DNA of 64,000 nt from an uncultured Verrucomicrobiae bacterium (GCA_963782115.1 CAWAIK010000001.1:512001-576000), one strand, 5' to 3'. Counted from the first letter of the stretch, positions 1 to 10,606 are shown. Program-made: numbers and translations. Notes: a model not told the origin generated them from the letters alone.

Positions 1-74
1 ACGGCTGGCTTGTCCTCGCTATTGTGGCACAGAAACACATCAAAGATTTCCGCTTTGGAGTCTTGTCCGTTCAC
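1..74 (-). CDS. TIR-domain protein, N-terminus only (runs off left edge)
   Basis: Manual translation from GTG at 74 gives MNGQDSKAEIFDVFLCHNSEDKPA(V), the typical FDVFLxHxSxDK start of bacterial TIR_2 domains. Confidence 0.75.
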   Translation of the reverse strand, partial: MNGQDSKAEIFDVFLCHNSEDKPA

Positions 75-718
75 ACAGAGGCAATTCTATAGGGAAAAAT
101 GCGTCAGCGACAAATCATCTTCGCAGCCTCCGCACTTCAACTTCCTCGCGTTCAGTCATTCCGACATGCAAACAAAAGCGTCCTACGCCCGACCATGATG
201 TAATCGGTCTGACGCACACACTGCATCTTCAGCATCGCCTCGATCATGGATGCGTTCAACGCAATTGGCACCGCAGCCGAGTGCGCGCCGGTAAAATGCG
301 CGGCTTTTCCGACCAACCAGGCTTAGGGGCTGCATCCTCGGAAACGAATCGTAGGCCGGATGTGGTCATCGTCCTGCAGCCGGTCCCGACGCGTGGCAAT
401 GACTTCGCGTGCCGAGCAGACTCGAATGGATCGCGCTGACCTCCGCAGGATCGCCTTTAACAGATCCGACGACATTCCGCCGGGTTAAACCCGCCACTGT
501 ACCGGAAGCTAAAAGCCGAAATTCATCGTGCGGGACTCAAAAGTACTTATCACCTAAGATGCCTTTCCTGTGAAAGGAAGGCATCGAAAGACAATTAAGA
601 CGCTCAATGTGGGCTCGCGAGGGGCAACTCTGGCGGCAATGAAAGCAGAAAAGGTCGTCGCAAATGATCACGGCTTGACTGTGGCGAGCGTCATAAACAA
701 TCGAGATAAAAAACCACA

Positions 719-1303
719 ATGAGGTTGCAGATCGCTAAAATATTACCCCTAGCCTTCGCGGATACATTGCGCCGAATCCGCGCAGAGAGAAATGATCCTG
801 AACACCTAAGTACTTTGCATCTCAGATTCGGCTCCATCTTGAAACAAATTCGCGAAAAGAGGGGGTTTACGATTGAAGGGCTCTCTGTCCTGTCAGGTGT
901 ACCTGAGGAATTGCTGGAACGAGCTGAGTCGGGCCGGTTTCAAATAACAGACCCGGAAATGAAAGATCTGCGGGACGTTTACTGGACTTTGGAAACGGAC
1001 CAAGCCAGCGATGCCGATTACAAACGCATCGTGGATCAACGCCTAAGTAAGCCGTATCCTAACTTCGGCTCCTCAATGACCCAGATTCGTAACGAGAAGC
1101 AAATTAGCATCGGAGAGCTGTCTCTTATATCTGGGTTGCCTGAGGCTGTTCTGGAAGCAGCTGAGTCGGGTACGCTTGCAATGGAAGATGAAGATCCCAA
1201 AAAAGTACAGAAGGTCTATTGGGCCTTGGCAGCACTGGAAGCCAGCCCCCGCGATTACCGGCGTCTTTTCGCTGAAATGGGAATGAAAGCTAACGAGGAC
1301 TGA
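719..1303 (+). CDS. Protein with two tandem XRE-type HTH repeats
   Basis: Two aligned repeats: FGSILKQIREKRGFTIEGLSVLSGVPEELLERAESG and FGSSMTQIRNEKQISIGELSLISGLPEAVLEAAESG. Confidence 0.7.
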   Translation: MRLQIAKILPLAFADTLRRIRAERNDPEHLSTLHLRFGSILKQIREKRGFTIEGLSVLSGVPEELLERAESGRFQITDPEMKDLRDVYWTLETDQASDADYKRIVDQRLSKPYPNFGSSMTQIRNEKQISIGELSLISGLPEAVLEAAESGTLAMEDEDPKKVQKVYWALAALEASPRDYRRLFAEMGMKANED

Positions 1304-1333
1304 TCCTTGGTCGCGCATTTATCGAACGCTTCA

Positions 1334-1642
1334 TCAACGTAATGATGCGTTAGATTCCTCTAAACGAACGTCATCGAAGTAACAGTTAAGCAGGTCCTGC
1401 ACATCGTACTCGTCATTGATTGTCAGCGTCTGGCGATTCTGGCGGCGGTTTCTGAGTTGTACTGCGACGGCATGGAAATTCTTGCAGACCAGCCTAACGA
1501 TAGTAAGAGGGCTGCTTTCAGCTTTTACCGGATTTTTATGCTCCGCCTGAATCTGGATCTGGCTTAGCAACCGCCGGGACAACTGCCAGAATCCTTTAAC
1601 AACTTCGCAGAGTGTCCCGAATTCTTTGTGATTTCTGACCAC
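1334..1642 (-). pseudogene. Fragment of DpnII/MboI-like restriction endonuclease domain protein
   Basis: FHAVAVQLRNRRQNRQTLTINDEYDVQDLL...FDDVRLEE motif; stops before the catalytic core is complete. Confidence 0.6.
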
Positions 1643-1759
1643 AAAATCTCGGGCTTGAACGAAAAAAGCAACGGTGCGGCATCAAAAATGGCAATCCCCA
1701 GATCCCTCACCAATTCCGGATTTACCTTGCATTCGCACTATCACGGCGATTAAAAGGCT

Positions 1760-2494
1760 TTGATGGATGCTCTGCGATTGGCGTGGCTGGTGACGGTGGT
1801 TCTCGTGAGCATCTTGCCCTCGCGTGGTGGCGACAACAAATCAGACCGGCCTTTCGTCAAAATCGGTCGCGAGCAGGCAGAAATTCTGTTGAGGGCAGCG
1901 AAGGATATGTATTCCTTTAAAGTGGAAGCAGGCAAAAAATTTGACGGGCTATACAGTGAATTTAAGGGGCTCGACAATAACAGCTTAGCGGAAAAGGCGA
2001 AACCTGTTTACACCGAGGTGCTTGCCCGAGCTAGCGAAGCGGTCAACCAAACCCAGTTCGAGTTTGATAAAGGGCTGGATACACACAGTAAGCGCGCATC
2101 AGATGTCTTCTTTGGAGACATTCTCGAGAGATACCATGGTACGTCCAGAAGCGTCGAGACAATGACAGGAATCAACATGGTTGAAGTAGGGAAGGCGGTC
2201 CTGTCAGACCTAAATCGCACTGGGAACTTATACCAAATGGTGGCGAACCAAGACAGCCTTAGCTTTAATTTAGAGGTGGTGACAGATCCAGAAGGTGCTG
2301 TGATCAAATATAGGCGTAGAACCGAGGATTTTAAGACATTCGAAGAGCCGTCCAATACAACTATTGAAAATCTTACTGTTGCCAATTGGTGTGTACACGT
2401 CGAACTTGCTGGCTACTTAAGTCAGGAAAAATGGCATGACGCCGCGGACACTACGAACCATAAGGTTGTATTTATTTTCAAGGAGAGCAACTGA
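1760..2494 (+). CDS. Secreted hypothetical protein with PEGA-like C-terminal domain
   Basis: Hydrophobic signal-like N-terminus; C-terminal LEVVTDPEGAVIKY...VHVELAGY. Confidence 0.55.
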   Translation: MMDALRLAWLVTVVLVSILPSRGGDNKSDRPFVKIGREQAEILLRAAKDMYSFKVEAGKKFDGLYSEFKGLDNNSLAEKAKPVYTEVLARASEAVNQTQFEFDKGLDTHSKRASDVFFGDILERYHGTSRSVETMTGINMVEVGKAVLSDLNRTGNLYQMVANQDSLSFNLEVVTDPEGAVIKYRRRTEDFKTFEEPSNTTIENLTVANWCVHVELAGYLSQEKWHDAADTTNHKVVFIFKESN

Positions 2495-2500
2495 TCTGAG

Positions 2501-3157
2501 ATGTGTGCCAACGAGGTAGAGGGTTTGGTGCTGAAAAGCTACTATGCGAAATTCAATAGTATAGTAGGCGCTGTCGCCGGGTTAGTCAGTCTCTTGCCTT
2601 TGGGTGCTATTATCGGCCCGAATGCGTATCTGTTCCCGCCACTCGGTGGAGATTCAATCGAGAAATTTGCGATTATAGGAACAGTAATTCTTTCTTTGTC
2701 CTGCACGCTGTTTGTATATCAGAAGAGGAAGGCGTTTGTTTCTAAATTGGGGTTGGCGCTGCTTCTTTCAGGGGCGGCACTTTGTATTACAATTCAGATA
2801 ATGTTGTACACCGCTTTCGTTAGAGACGTACAGATACCGTCTAAAAATGAAGTCGTCACAGTTAGCGTAGGGTTTGCGCGCTGTCCCGATAATCCGTCGG
2901 AATATGCAAAAATGAGCGATGAAGAAATGTTGAAAGATGCAGGGCCAACGGAATCGGCGATTAGACATTTGTTCACACTCCCATCGCTGTTAGCAGTCCG
3001 TGCATTGCTTTACCTTTCATACCTCGCCACCATCCTCCTTGTCGTAATGTTCGCGAGCTGCGCTGTATTGTTTTCTGCTCTGGACGATTTGGGAAGGGGA
3101 AAATCGTCTTGTCCTGATGCGCGAGCGGAGGGCACGGAAGGGCTTTCGAAACAATGA
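2501..3157 (+). CDS. Membrane hypothetical protein (about 4 TM segments)
   Basis: 218-aa ORF 6 bp after the previous gene; several hydrophobic segments. Confidence 0.55.
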   Translation: MCANEVEGLVLKSYYAKFNSIVGAVAGLVSLLPLGAIIGPNAYLFPPLGGDSIEKFAIIGTVILSLSCTLFVYQKRKAFVSKLGLALLLSGAALCITIQIMLYTAFVRDVQIPSKNEVVTVSVGFARCPDNPSEYAKMSDEEMLKDAGPTESAIRHLFTLPSLLAVRALLYLSYLATILLVVMFASCAVLFSALDDLGRGKSSCPDARAEGTEGLSKQ

Positions 3158-3231
3158 TGCGGAATTGATTGCCCCCGTTCGGGGCTTGGGGAATTGAGCC
3201 AAATTTGACACCAACGTGTCAAATGGCGGCT

Positions 3232-3646
3232 TTAGGAGTGCTGAGGGAGGAGTCCGAGCTGTTTAAAAAGAACGTGGTTTCGCTGTTCCGCATCCTGAAT
3301 GAGTTTGTCGAATGAAATGAACTCGATGTAGGCTCTGAGGCGAGTGTTATACATGAAATAACCTTGCTTGTCCGCAGTTGGCGTGCAGTTATGCTGAACC
3401 GCAATTTCGTGCAGTTCGGATGTAAAATCGCAGATGATATAGCACTCGAATGGTGTCGCGTCAGTTACGAGAATTGTCCGTCCGCTTTTGGTCGTTGTCG
3501 ATCACTACTCTGATCTTTTTTTGTGCTGAGCTGCTGGCGGAGAGCGAATGAATACTGTTCACAACTGCTTCGAAGAGAGGAACCGTTGCTTTCGAAGAAA
3601 GAAGATGTTCAGCGTTCAAAAAGCCGTTTAAATCGAATTGCATCAT
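3232..3646 (-). pseudogene. GHKL/HATPase-type ATP-binding protein with large internal deletion
   Basis: N-terminal PLFEAVVNSIHS (Bergerat motif I) is joined out of frame near 3495 to the C-terminal YIICD...RAYIEFISFDKLIQDAEQRNHVLFKQLGL; the middle is missing. Confidence 0.65.
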
Positions 3647-3942
3647 GACGAGCGGAAACAGGGGTCCAAACCAGTAATCTAGGGTCCCTATTGTTGCAAA
3701 TCGAGACCGACGCCCTTGCTGTTCAGATGAACATATATTCGTTTCGGTCAGAACTCAACCCCAAATAAACGCTCCGAGAGTGCTTACAGCTCAAAAAATC
3801 GGAAGAAAGGATGACATGCCGCGTGCATGGGGAGGGAATTTGACACGTTGACCGTGGACGAGTTTTGATGCTCCAGGCTGGTAGATTACATGGCTATTTC
3901 AGCCACGGGCGTTTTAAACGCGTTCGGTGACTTAATCGGCAC

Positions 3943-4055
3943 TGTTACACTATGACCATTAGTGTATCATTTCATGCTTTTTAGCCCTTCCAAACCGCCT
4001 TTAATATTGATTTTTCCCTCGGAGATGTTACAGTTGTTTTGAGCTTTTGTAACAT
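3943..4055. promoter_or_regulatory. Two TGTTACA-Nn-TGT(A/T)CA-type inverted-repeat boxes upstream of the recombinase (putative res/operator sites)
   Basis: TGTTACA 3943-3949 pairs with TGTATCA 3963-3969; ATGTTACA 4025-4032 pairs with TGTAACAT 4048-4055. Confidence 0.5.
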
Positions 4056-4056
4056 T

Positions 4057-4638
4057 ATGCAAATAGTCAATGAAAAGGGCGAGCGACTCTACTTTACAGA
4101 GGAGCAACGAAATGCGCTTCTGGCTGCGGCTGCTAAAGCACCTCGGGAGGTACGGTCCTTCTGCAGTGTCCTATGTTACACCGGTTGCCGAATATCGGAA
4201 GCGTTGGCGCTGACTGCTAAAAGCATCGATTTGTCCGCCAAGGTGATTGTCATCGAGAGTCTGAAGAAGCGTAAGGCTGGCGTTCACCGACAGGTACCTG
4301 TCCCGCCGGAGTTACTCGATACCCTGGATATGGTCCACGGTATCCGTGAGATTCAGAAGAAAGGTCGAGCCCGAATCAATCAGTGCCTCTGGACCTGGAG
4401 TCGCATGACGGCGTGGCGGAAGATGGATGCGCTCATCAAAGCGGCTGGCATCCCCGATGGACCGCATGCATCGCCGAAAGGGTTGCGGCACGGGTTTGGA
4501 GTGACGGCTGTTAGCAAGGGCATCGCGCTCAACATGGTGCAAAAATGGCTTGGTCACGCTCAATTGACCACGACGGCTATCTATGCCGATGCCGTCGGCG
4601 AAGAGGAGCAGAATATTGCGGCGAGGATGTGGAACTGA
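4057..4638 (+). CDS. Small tyrosine recombinase/resolvase (catalytic domain only, plasmid type)
   Basis: YTGCRISEAL, LKKRK, KGLRHGFG, LGHAQLTTTAIY catalytic motifs; 193 aa. Confidence 0.9.
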   Translation: MQIVNEKGERLYFTEEQRNALLAAAAKAPREVRSFCSVLCYTGCRISEALALTAKSIDLSAKVIVIESLKKRKAGVHRQVPVPPELLDTLDMVHGIREIQKKGRARINQCLWTWSRMTAWRKMDALIKAAGIPDGPHASPKGLRHGFGVTAVSKGIALNMVQKWLGHAQLTTTAIYADAVGEEEQNIAARMWN

Positions 4639-4662
4639 AGACGATATAATCGCCCAAATGTT

Positions 4663-4878
4663 TTGGAACATTTACTTCGTAATTGGGATTTGTATCCTTT
4701 TAACGACCATTTGCGCCAAACGTTGTTTTATATCGCGTTAGCTGGTGCTGTATTGATGCTCGGCGGCTCGCTTTTGGCGCACACGTTCCAGAAACAGCGG
4801 TTGGGAGAACGCAGAAAAAAACGAAGATCCCAGGCGGCTATCGATGAGGGTGTCAGAAGGCCACGATCTCGCGGCTGA
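4663..4878 (+). CDS. Small membrane hypothetical protein
   Basis: One hydrophobic segment and a basic tail, directly after the recombinase. Confidence 0.35.
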   Translation: MEHLLRNWDLYPFNDHLRQTLFYIALAGAVLMLGGSLLAHTFQKQRLGERRKKRRSQAAIDEGVRRPRSRG

Positions 4879-5158
4879 TGAGTGCAGAGCGCATGGAAAT
4901 GGCTTGATCTGCTGTAGGTGGTCAGAAGAACATCTATGGAATGACGGCAACGTTTTGATTCAGCCACTGGCTCAGAGCAATTCGACGCAGAGGGAAAGAT
5001 TTTGGAACATGCGTCGATCCAGACGGGTCTTTCGAACGCCACTTTCCATATCGTGCCCGGGGCCGAGACACTGTCGGAAACGTGCTGATTGATCTGAGAA
5101 GGGGCATCGTCTATAAAACCTCAGGAATCAGCAGACTGATAAACAAAAAAAGGATCAT

Positions 5159-6106
5159 ATGAAAGTCCACTGGTCAACAATTAAGGTTGCGACAATGCAG
5201 GCCTTCGCAACCTTCCGAGATACTAAATTCGCAAAATTTACGCAGAACATTAATTCAACGTATACCCGTTATAGAGACAGCGTCCCGGCCAGAACGATTA
5301 CTTCTCAGGCCGAATATGCAGAAAATTTCACGAATTGGGAGACCAACGCGCCTAATTTTTGCGGTACAAAGAGGAACACAGCATTCGGACCTACTATTAA
5401 GCTTCCGAAGCGTCCTGCAACCGTCCAACTAACGGGCGATAGAACAATTCAACTAACGAGCCAAAGAACCGTAATGTTTCAAAGGAATGGGGAGACAGTC
5501 TTCGACACACAAGCGCCGAGAGGCACGACAATCCAGGCGGTACAGTTCACTGCGAGCGCGAGGAAGGAATACAGTCGTCTGAACCTAATCGTTTGTCCGG
5601 AGTTTTGCGGAATGCCTCTACAGGAGAAACTGTCTCCCTTCGGCGTAGACCCGAACGGTGTAGTATTGCAGTGGAAAGTAATGAATCCTAAGCTGGGCTT
5701 AGAAGGGCCAGAATCGGCTGTCATGTATCTGGGTGAACCGCTGAACGGTCCCTCTGTCTGGCAATTGATTTCGAATTTGAAGGACTCGTTGGTCGGCAAA
5801 TTGATTCCGTTACAGTCAGCGCCCTGGGGTCATATTGAACTTGCACCAGGGATCTATGGATTTGACCTGCCCGACGGAAATCTTGAAAGAAATATCCTAG
5901 AACAAACATCGGATTCGAGCGCCGGGAGAACGATATCGGCAATCATTTGTAAAGCCGCATGGGACGCCGCTGAATGGCTCTACCACGGTACCGGTTCCAC
6001 GCAAGCGCGAGCATTACTTCAGAAAACCGGAGAAAGCGAAGAGGAATGTGTGAAAAATCAAATGGAACTTGTTTTAGAGGCTTTGCATTGGGAACTGGTG
6101 GACTAA
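5159..6106 (+). CDS. HopA1-like (T3SS effector HopA1 family) protein
   Basis: RLNLIVCPEF...QWKVMNPK...ESAVMYL...PWGHIELAPGIY...SSAGRTISAII follows the HopA1-family motif order; AGGA RBS upstream. Confidence 0.5.
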   Translation: MKVHWSTIKVATMQAFATFRDTKFAKFTQNINSTYTRYRDSVPARTITSQAEYAENFTNWETNAPNFCGTKRNTAFGPTIKLPKRPATVQLTGDRTIQLTSQRTVMFQRNGETVFDTQAPRGTTIQAVQFTASARKEYSRLNLIVCPEFCGMPLQEKLSPFGVDPNGVVLQWKVMNPKLGLEGPESAVMYLGEPLNGPSVWQLISNLKDSLVGKLIPLQSAPWGHIELAPGIYGFDLPDGNLERNILEQTSDSSAGRTISAIICKAAWDAAEWLYHGTGSTQARALLQKTGESEEECVKNQMELVLEALHWELVD

Positions 6107-7090
6107 GTGTGCAGAGCTGAGGCACTCCTGTCCGAGACAGGTTCTAAAAAACTAGTAACAAAAAGGCATCCGTGTCTGGTTAAATCGTTGGCGTGAAAAA
6201 CAAACGAACAAACCGTCAACGGAGGCCTAACGAACCGGACAATTTTAATACTTTCGTGTCTTCACCCCCAATAGCCGATATGGAAGGAATTTCCGCCGTG
6301 CTCGCATAGCGCCTTGGCAAAAAAAGTCCCGAGGGCCTCTGCAGGCTGTCAAAACCCATCGACCAGTTCGAATGCAGCAGAGTCAGCTTGTACACAGGGG
6401 ATTGGCCTCGGTCACGTGGTAGCACGGGCGAGGGTTTCGAATACAGCTGGAGAGATCGTAGGACACTCGGGCCTGTTCAGTCGCGGCCAACGCGTATGCC
6501 CAGATGATCCTTAGCGCGAACGTCCACCCGAACGCTGCCCCGCCGAGTGGCGATCAGCGCAAAGAGCTGTCCGCGATGGCAGAGCTGAGTCTCCTCGCGA
6601 GCGAATGTTTCATGGAACGCTTGCTGGCACATCCCATCACCAATCTCCGATGACTTTCAGGGCAGGGCAGGGCATTACAAAAGGAAAAATGAGCAAAAAA
6701 CTAATCACTTTAGCGGCGTTACCGATGCTGGTCTGGCTTACCTCATTTCCAGCCAAGGCAATGCTTTTCAGCACGAATCCGGGACTGCTTGGACATCAAC
6801 ACGGAACTTTCGTGTTCGTGTCCCGTCCGTACCCCCCCTACGTTTTCTACCCGTAACCGCCAAGGAGTAACCACGAGCCGGTTGTTCGCCCGGTGCCATC
6901 TGGACGTGGCGGGACGGTCATGTTCGCGGTCATCATTGTCTTGGCGGTCTGCACAGGCCTCTTCCTGTGGATGTGCAGGAAGTGAGATCCTTGTCTGTCG
7001 TAAGCGTGCGCGGGGGGACGAAACCCCTCGACATTTCGCGAGGGTTTTTAGGTGTCATCCACGCGTGCGCGGGAGTAAAAGATCTCCCTT

Positions 7091-7675
7091 TCAATCAGCG
7101 CATTCGTTGCAAAGGTTTTCGTTTCCCGAAACCTCGAATTTCTTGCCGCATTTGGAGCATGCGCGGATAAGCCTTGGAGTAACACGTACGCTTATCGTTA
7201 CCTTTGCGCTAATGCCCAGACAAATCTTGTCGAAAAACTGAATTACGAAATCAGTGAGCGTGCAGTTTTCATTCAATAGAACCCTGATAATGTTTTCAGC
7301 GGCTGCGATTTTGGCCGCACCTTCCTGAAATCCCATCGGACTCACAAGGATTGCGCCTTCGGCCCCAGTGTCGAGGATTCGGTAGGCCAATCCACCCATC
7401 TGTTCTTGTTTCTGCCTTGACTTTGTGTAGCGCCGACATTCCACAATGAAAAAACCTTTGCCGCCTTCCATGATGCCTTTCGCATCGATTTTCCATGAAG
7501 TACCAGACCGGTTGCCTTGGATTTTCTGTTTACCCTCAACGGACTGGAGTCCAAACTCTTTGGCCATCCGGTGGAGCAGGTATGCGCTGCGTTCTTCGTA
7601 CGATAGCCACTGGGGCTTATTCGGATCGACCGATTCCTGACCTGCCTGCATGAGTTTTTCTTCGTTCTCTGGCAT
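7091..7675 (-). CDS. Mrr-like PD-(D/E)XK restriction endonuclease with C-terminal CxxC..CxxC
   Basis: YEE...WKIDAKG...IVECRRY...GAILVSPMGFQEGA; C-terminal CSKC...CNEC. Confidence 0.75.
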   Translation of the reverse strand: MPENEEKLMQAGQESVDPNKPQWLSYEERSAYLLHRMAKEFGLQSVEGKQKIQGNRSGTSWKIDAKGIMEGGKGFFIVECRRYTKSRQKQEQMGGLAYRILDTGAEGAILVSPMGFQEGAAKIAAAENIIRVLLNENCTLTDFVIQFFDKICLGISAKVTISVRVTPRLIRACSKCGKKFEVSGNENLCNECAD

Positions 7676-7956
7676 CCTGGTATTTCGACCTCAAATTCGC
7701 TGGCCTCAACTGTCGAGACCTTTCAGATTCTTGTGTTGCACATCCGTATATGCAAACGCAACCGAAGTACGCATATGGCGATCTTCAAAAGGCTTTTCTG
7801 GCTCCTGGTCTCGTTCATCTTCGCCGCCGCTGCCGTCCTGCTTTACCTTTCGGTCACGAAAGGGTTGTTCGCCTGGATACCCAGGTGAAGAGCAACCGCC
7901 ATGCGTTCGCTTGCCTTTGACCGCCAAACTGTCCATGATGCGGCATTGAGGCACCC

Positions 7957-8289
7957 ATGAATAAATTGCTACTGTGCTGCGCATTGACCTTCTCTGGTTG
8001 CACGACCTGGGGTTCCAAGATGGCGATGGGCGACCAGCATTACCCATCGGTGCGCACTGAACACGTCGTGATCCTTTTCGAACCGCCTGCGCAGCCTTAC
8101 AAACAGATCGGGCTTGTCTCATCCCTCGGCGGCTGGTACGCCAGTGACGGCGACAATTATCACAAGATGCAGATGGCTGCTGCTCAACTCGGAGCTGACG
8201 CCGTTATCGTTCAAGGGTCTCAGCCGATGCCGCAGCGGGACTACTGGCAGTATCCAAAGGCGAACGGGATAGCGATAAAGTATTTCTGA
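7957..8289 (+). CDS. Small lipoprotein (YbjQ/heavy-metal-binding-like fold)
   Basis: Lipobox FSGC; PYKQIGLV...AAQLGADAVIV. Confidence 0.7.
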   Translation: MNKLLLCCALTFSGCTTWGSKMAMGDQHYPSVRTEHVVILFEPPAQPYKQIGLVSSLGGWYASDGDNYHKMQMAAAQLGADAVIVQGSQPMPQRDYWQYPKANGIAIKYF

Positions 8290-8295
8290 CCCTTC

Positions 8296-8600
8296 ATGCT
8301 GCGTTACCTCGCATCAATCCTAGTCAGCTTCCTGTTGGCGGCTCCAGCCATGTCCGTTGAGTTGTTTCGATATCGAGGCGCTGCCAAGGATGGCGGCACC
8401 GCTGGAATACGTCTTTGAAGGTGGTGAACAGAATTCTCCCAACGCCGTAACTAAAGAGAAGGCGGCAGAGATCGCTGCTGATTTTATGACGACCTTTTAC
8501 CACGTACAGGTCGGTGCACTTGAGACGCAGGAATTTCGGACACAGCCGGTCCCATTTTGGCTCATTTGCTTTCGGACACGATCAAGGGACCGATCGCGTT
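8296..8600 (+). pseudogene. Frameshifted, truncated secreted hypothetical protein
   Basis: Signal peptide MLRYLASILVSFLLAAPAMS, then a frame change into LEYVFE...PVPFWLICF. Confidence 0.4.
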
Positions 8601-9060
8601 CTCCTGCCGGATGGGACCGACCTTTGTGGCGAGGGAGTTGGCGAGACGGTGCAGACGTGGTCAGATTTTTACGGTTACCTCGAAACCGGACCTAAGTGGT
8701 TGTCGTTGTCGGGCAAAATACTCCGCAAGCTTAATTTGACCGAAGAGAATTATAGAAAAAGTTGCATTTATGGTAATCCGCATCGATATTTGAATTGGGT
8801 AAGCGAGGGAGTGTCGATTTCCATTGGGCCGGTGTGCGTCGGCAGTATCATGGCGCACGCCGGTTCTTTGTGTTCGGCCGTAGCAGGTGTTCAAAAGCGA
8901 CCAAATTCGGGTAGACCCGGCCAGCAGAGAGTTTTCTAGCGAAAACAAATTCATCGGAAAGTTATGAAAATGTTGAGGAACGCAGAAGATGTAAACGGCA
9001 GGACAGAATATTTCAATGTACTGCAGGCGGATCAAAATCCGAGGCTATACTCGCATCGCC

Positions 9061-9340
9061 ATGCGCCCATTATTTCCTATTCTCAGTCTGCTGCTTTGTG
9101 TGATTGTATCGAGCACTCGGAACCGCATTTATCAATTTCGGACGAGAATATCCCGATCAGATCTTTGCTGGGTTTATTGCAGCCGGGTCAAGAATGGCGA
9201 CTGACCAGCGGATCACCACACTGCAAGGGAAAATCATCGGTATCACCGGCATAATCGAACTCTACCAAGGGAAGCCGGAGATCGAAGTCACAGCCGACAG
9301 ATCAGATCAAAGGCTTAGACTCCCCACTCATGCAGTGATT
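9061..9340 (+). pseudogene. OB-fold nucleic-acid-binding protein fragment
   Basis: AFINFGREYPDQIF...LQGKIIGITGIIELYQGKPEIEV; signal peptide in a different frame. Confidence 0.5.
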
Positions 9341-9534
9341 GGGCCTACGTCAAAAGAAACGAACAATCGACAACGTTGCCGTTCACAAGAGTCAGGCAGA
9401 TCGCATGGGATTCTGTTGCGCCAGCTACGAAGAAAGCACTGATAAAGCCCTCATTGAACTACATCTATTTTCCTTGAAGCAAAGTGCGCCGTTTCTCGCA
9501 TGTCTCGCAATAAAAATTGCGATCTCGGTAAGGG

Positions 9535-9798
9535 ATGCTTCAGTCGCAATTGATGCAAGGACGCAAAAATGAAAAGCACGCAAACGAGACATGGAACACA
9601 GTTTCGCAAGAGTTGGACGAACAGGCGCTCACAAGAGACATAACAAAGTTCGTCGAGGAATCTGACCTAAGCATTCCCAAAATCGCGAGCGAAATGGGAG
9701 TTTTCAGCGCAACCCTCAGTATGTGGATTGCAGGAACTAGTAAGCCGTCTCATACGGAGCTGTTTGCGATTAAAAGTTTTCTTCAACGGCGCAATTGA
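9535..9798 (+). CDS. Small XRE-like HTH protein
   Basis: LSIPKIASEMGVFSATLSMWIAGTSKP. Confidence 0.55.
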   Translation: MLQSQLMQGRKNEKHANETWNTVSQELDEQALTRDITKFVEESDLSIPKIASEMGVFSATLSMWIAGTSKPSHTELFAIKSFLQRRN

Positions 9799-9877
9799 GA
9801 TTTTCCGGGCCGTAGTGGGGGGTTGATTGCCAAAAACGGTCGTAACCCACCTAAAAATTGTATTGTTGTCATTGCCC

Positions 9878-10500
9878 ATGTGCGGACGAAACAGAAGGAC
9901 GACTTCAGAAGAAAAACTCGCTGGCCGGTATCACATTCCGATTCCACCACAGCGAGATCTGCCGATCAGTTGGAACATTGCGCCAACACAGGATGTCCTC
10001 GCGATCCGGTTCAATCCAGAGACCAAGCAGCGCACTCTGGATGCTTTGAAGTGGGGATTGATTCCGAACTGGTCCAAAGATCCGAAAATCGCATACAAGA
10101 CCATCAACGCGAGGGTCGAGACCGTTGACACGGCACCGTCATACCGAGGCCTTCAAGGAACGGCGCTGTCTGATTACCGTGGATGGTTTTTACGAATGGA
10201 AGAAAGTTCTCGGTGGAAAAATTCCGTACTCGATCAGCATCAAGGACGGTGCTCCATTCGTGTTCGCTGGCTTGTGGGAAGGCTGGAAAGATCCAGCGAA
10301 TAATCAATGGTTGCATACCTGCACGATCATCGCAGGCGAACCAAACGTTTGTGCGGGAAATCCACACTCGGATGCCGGTCATCCTACCGGAAGAGCACCG
10401 CGATGCTTGGTTATCTGGTGAAGCCGGAAAAGAGGTCTCGGTCCCCTTTCCGGCAGACCGAATGAAAGCGTGGCCGGTATGCGAGGGTAAACTCGCCCAG
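9878..10500 (+). pseudogene. SOS response-associated peptidase (SRAP/YedK-like), frameshifted
   Basis: MCGR start, WNIAPTQ, WGLIP, INARVET, DGFYEW, FAGLWE and HTRMPVIL are spread over three frames. Confidence 0.85.
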
Positions 10501-10606
10501 GAACACACATCGACAGCGGGTTGGTCTACGCAAAAGGAATCGCACGTCATCCAAAAAAGTATGGAGCAATCGGGCCATATTTGTAGTACCCATAGTATTG
10601 AGACGT

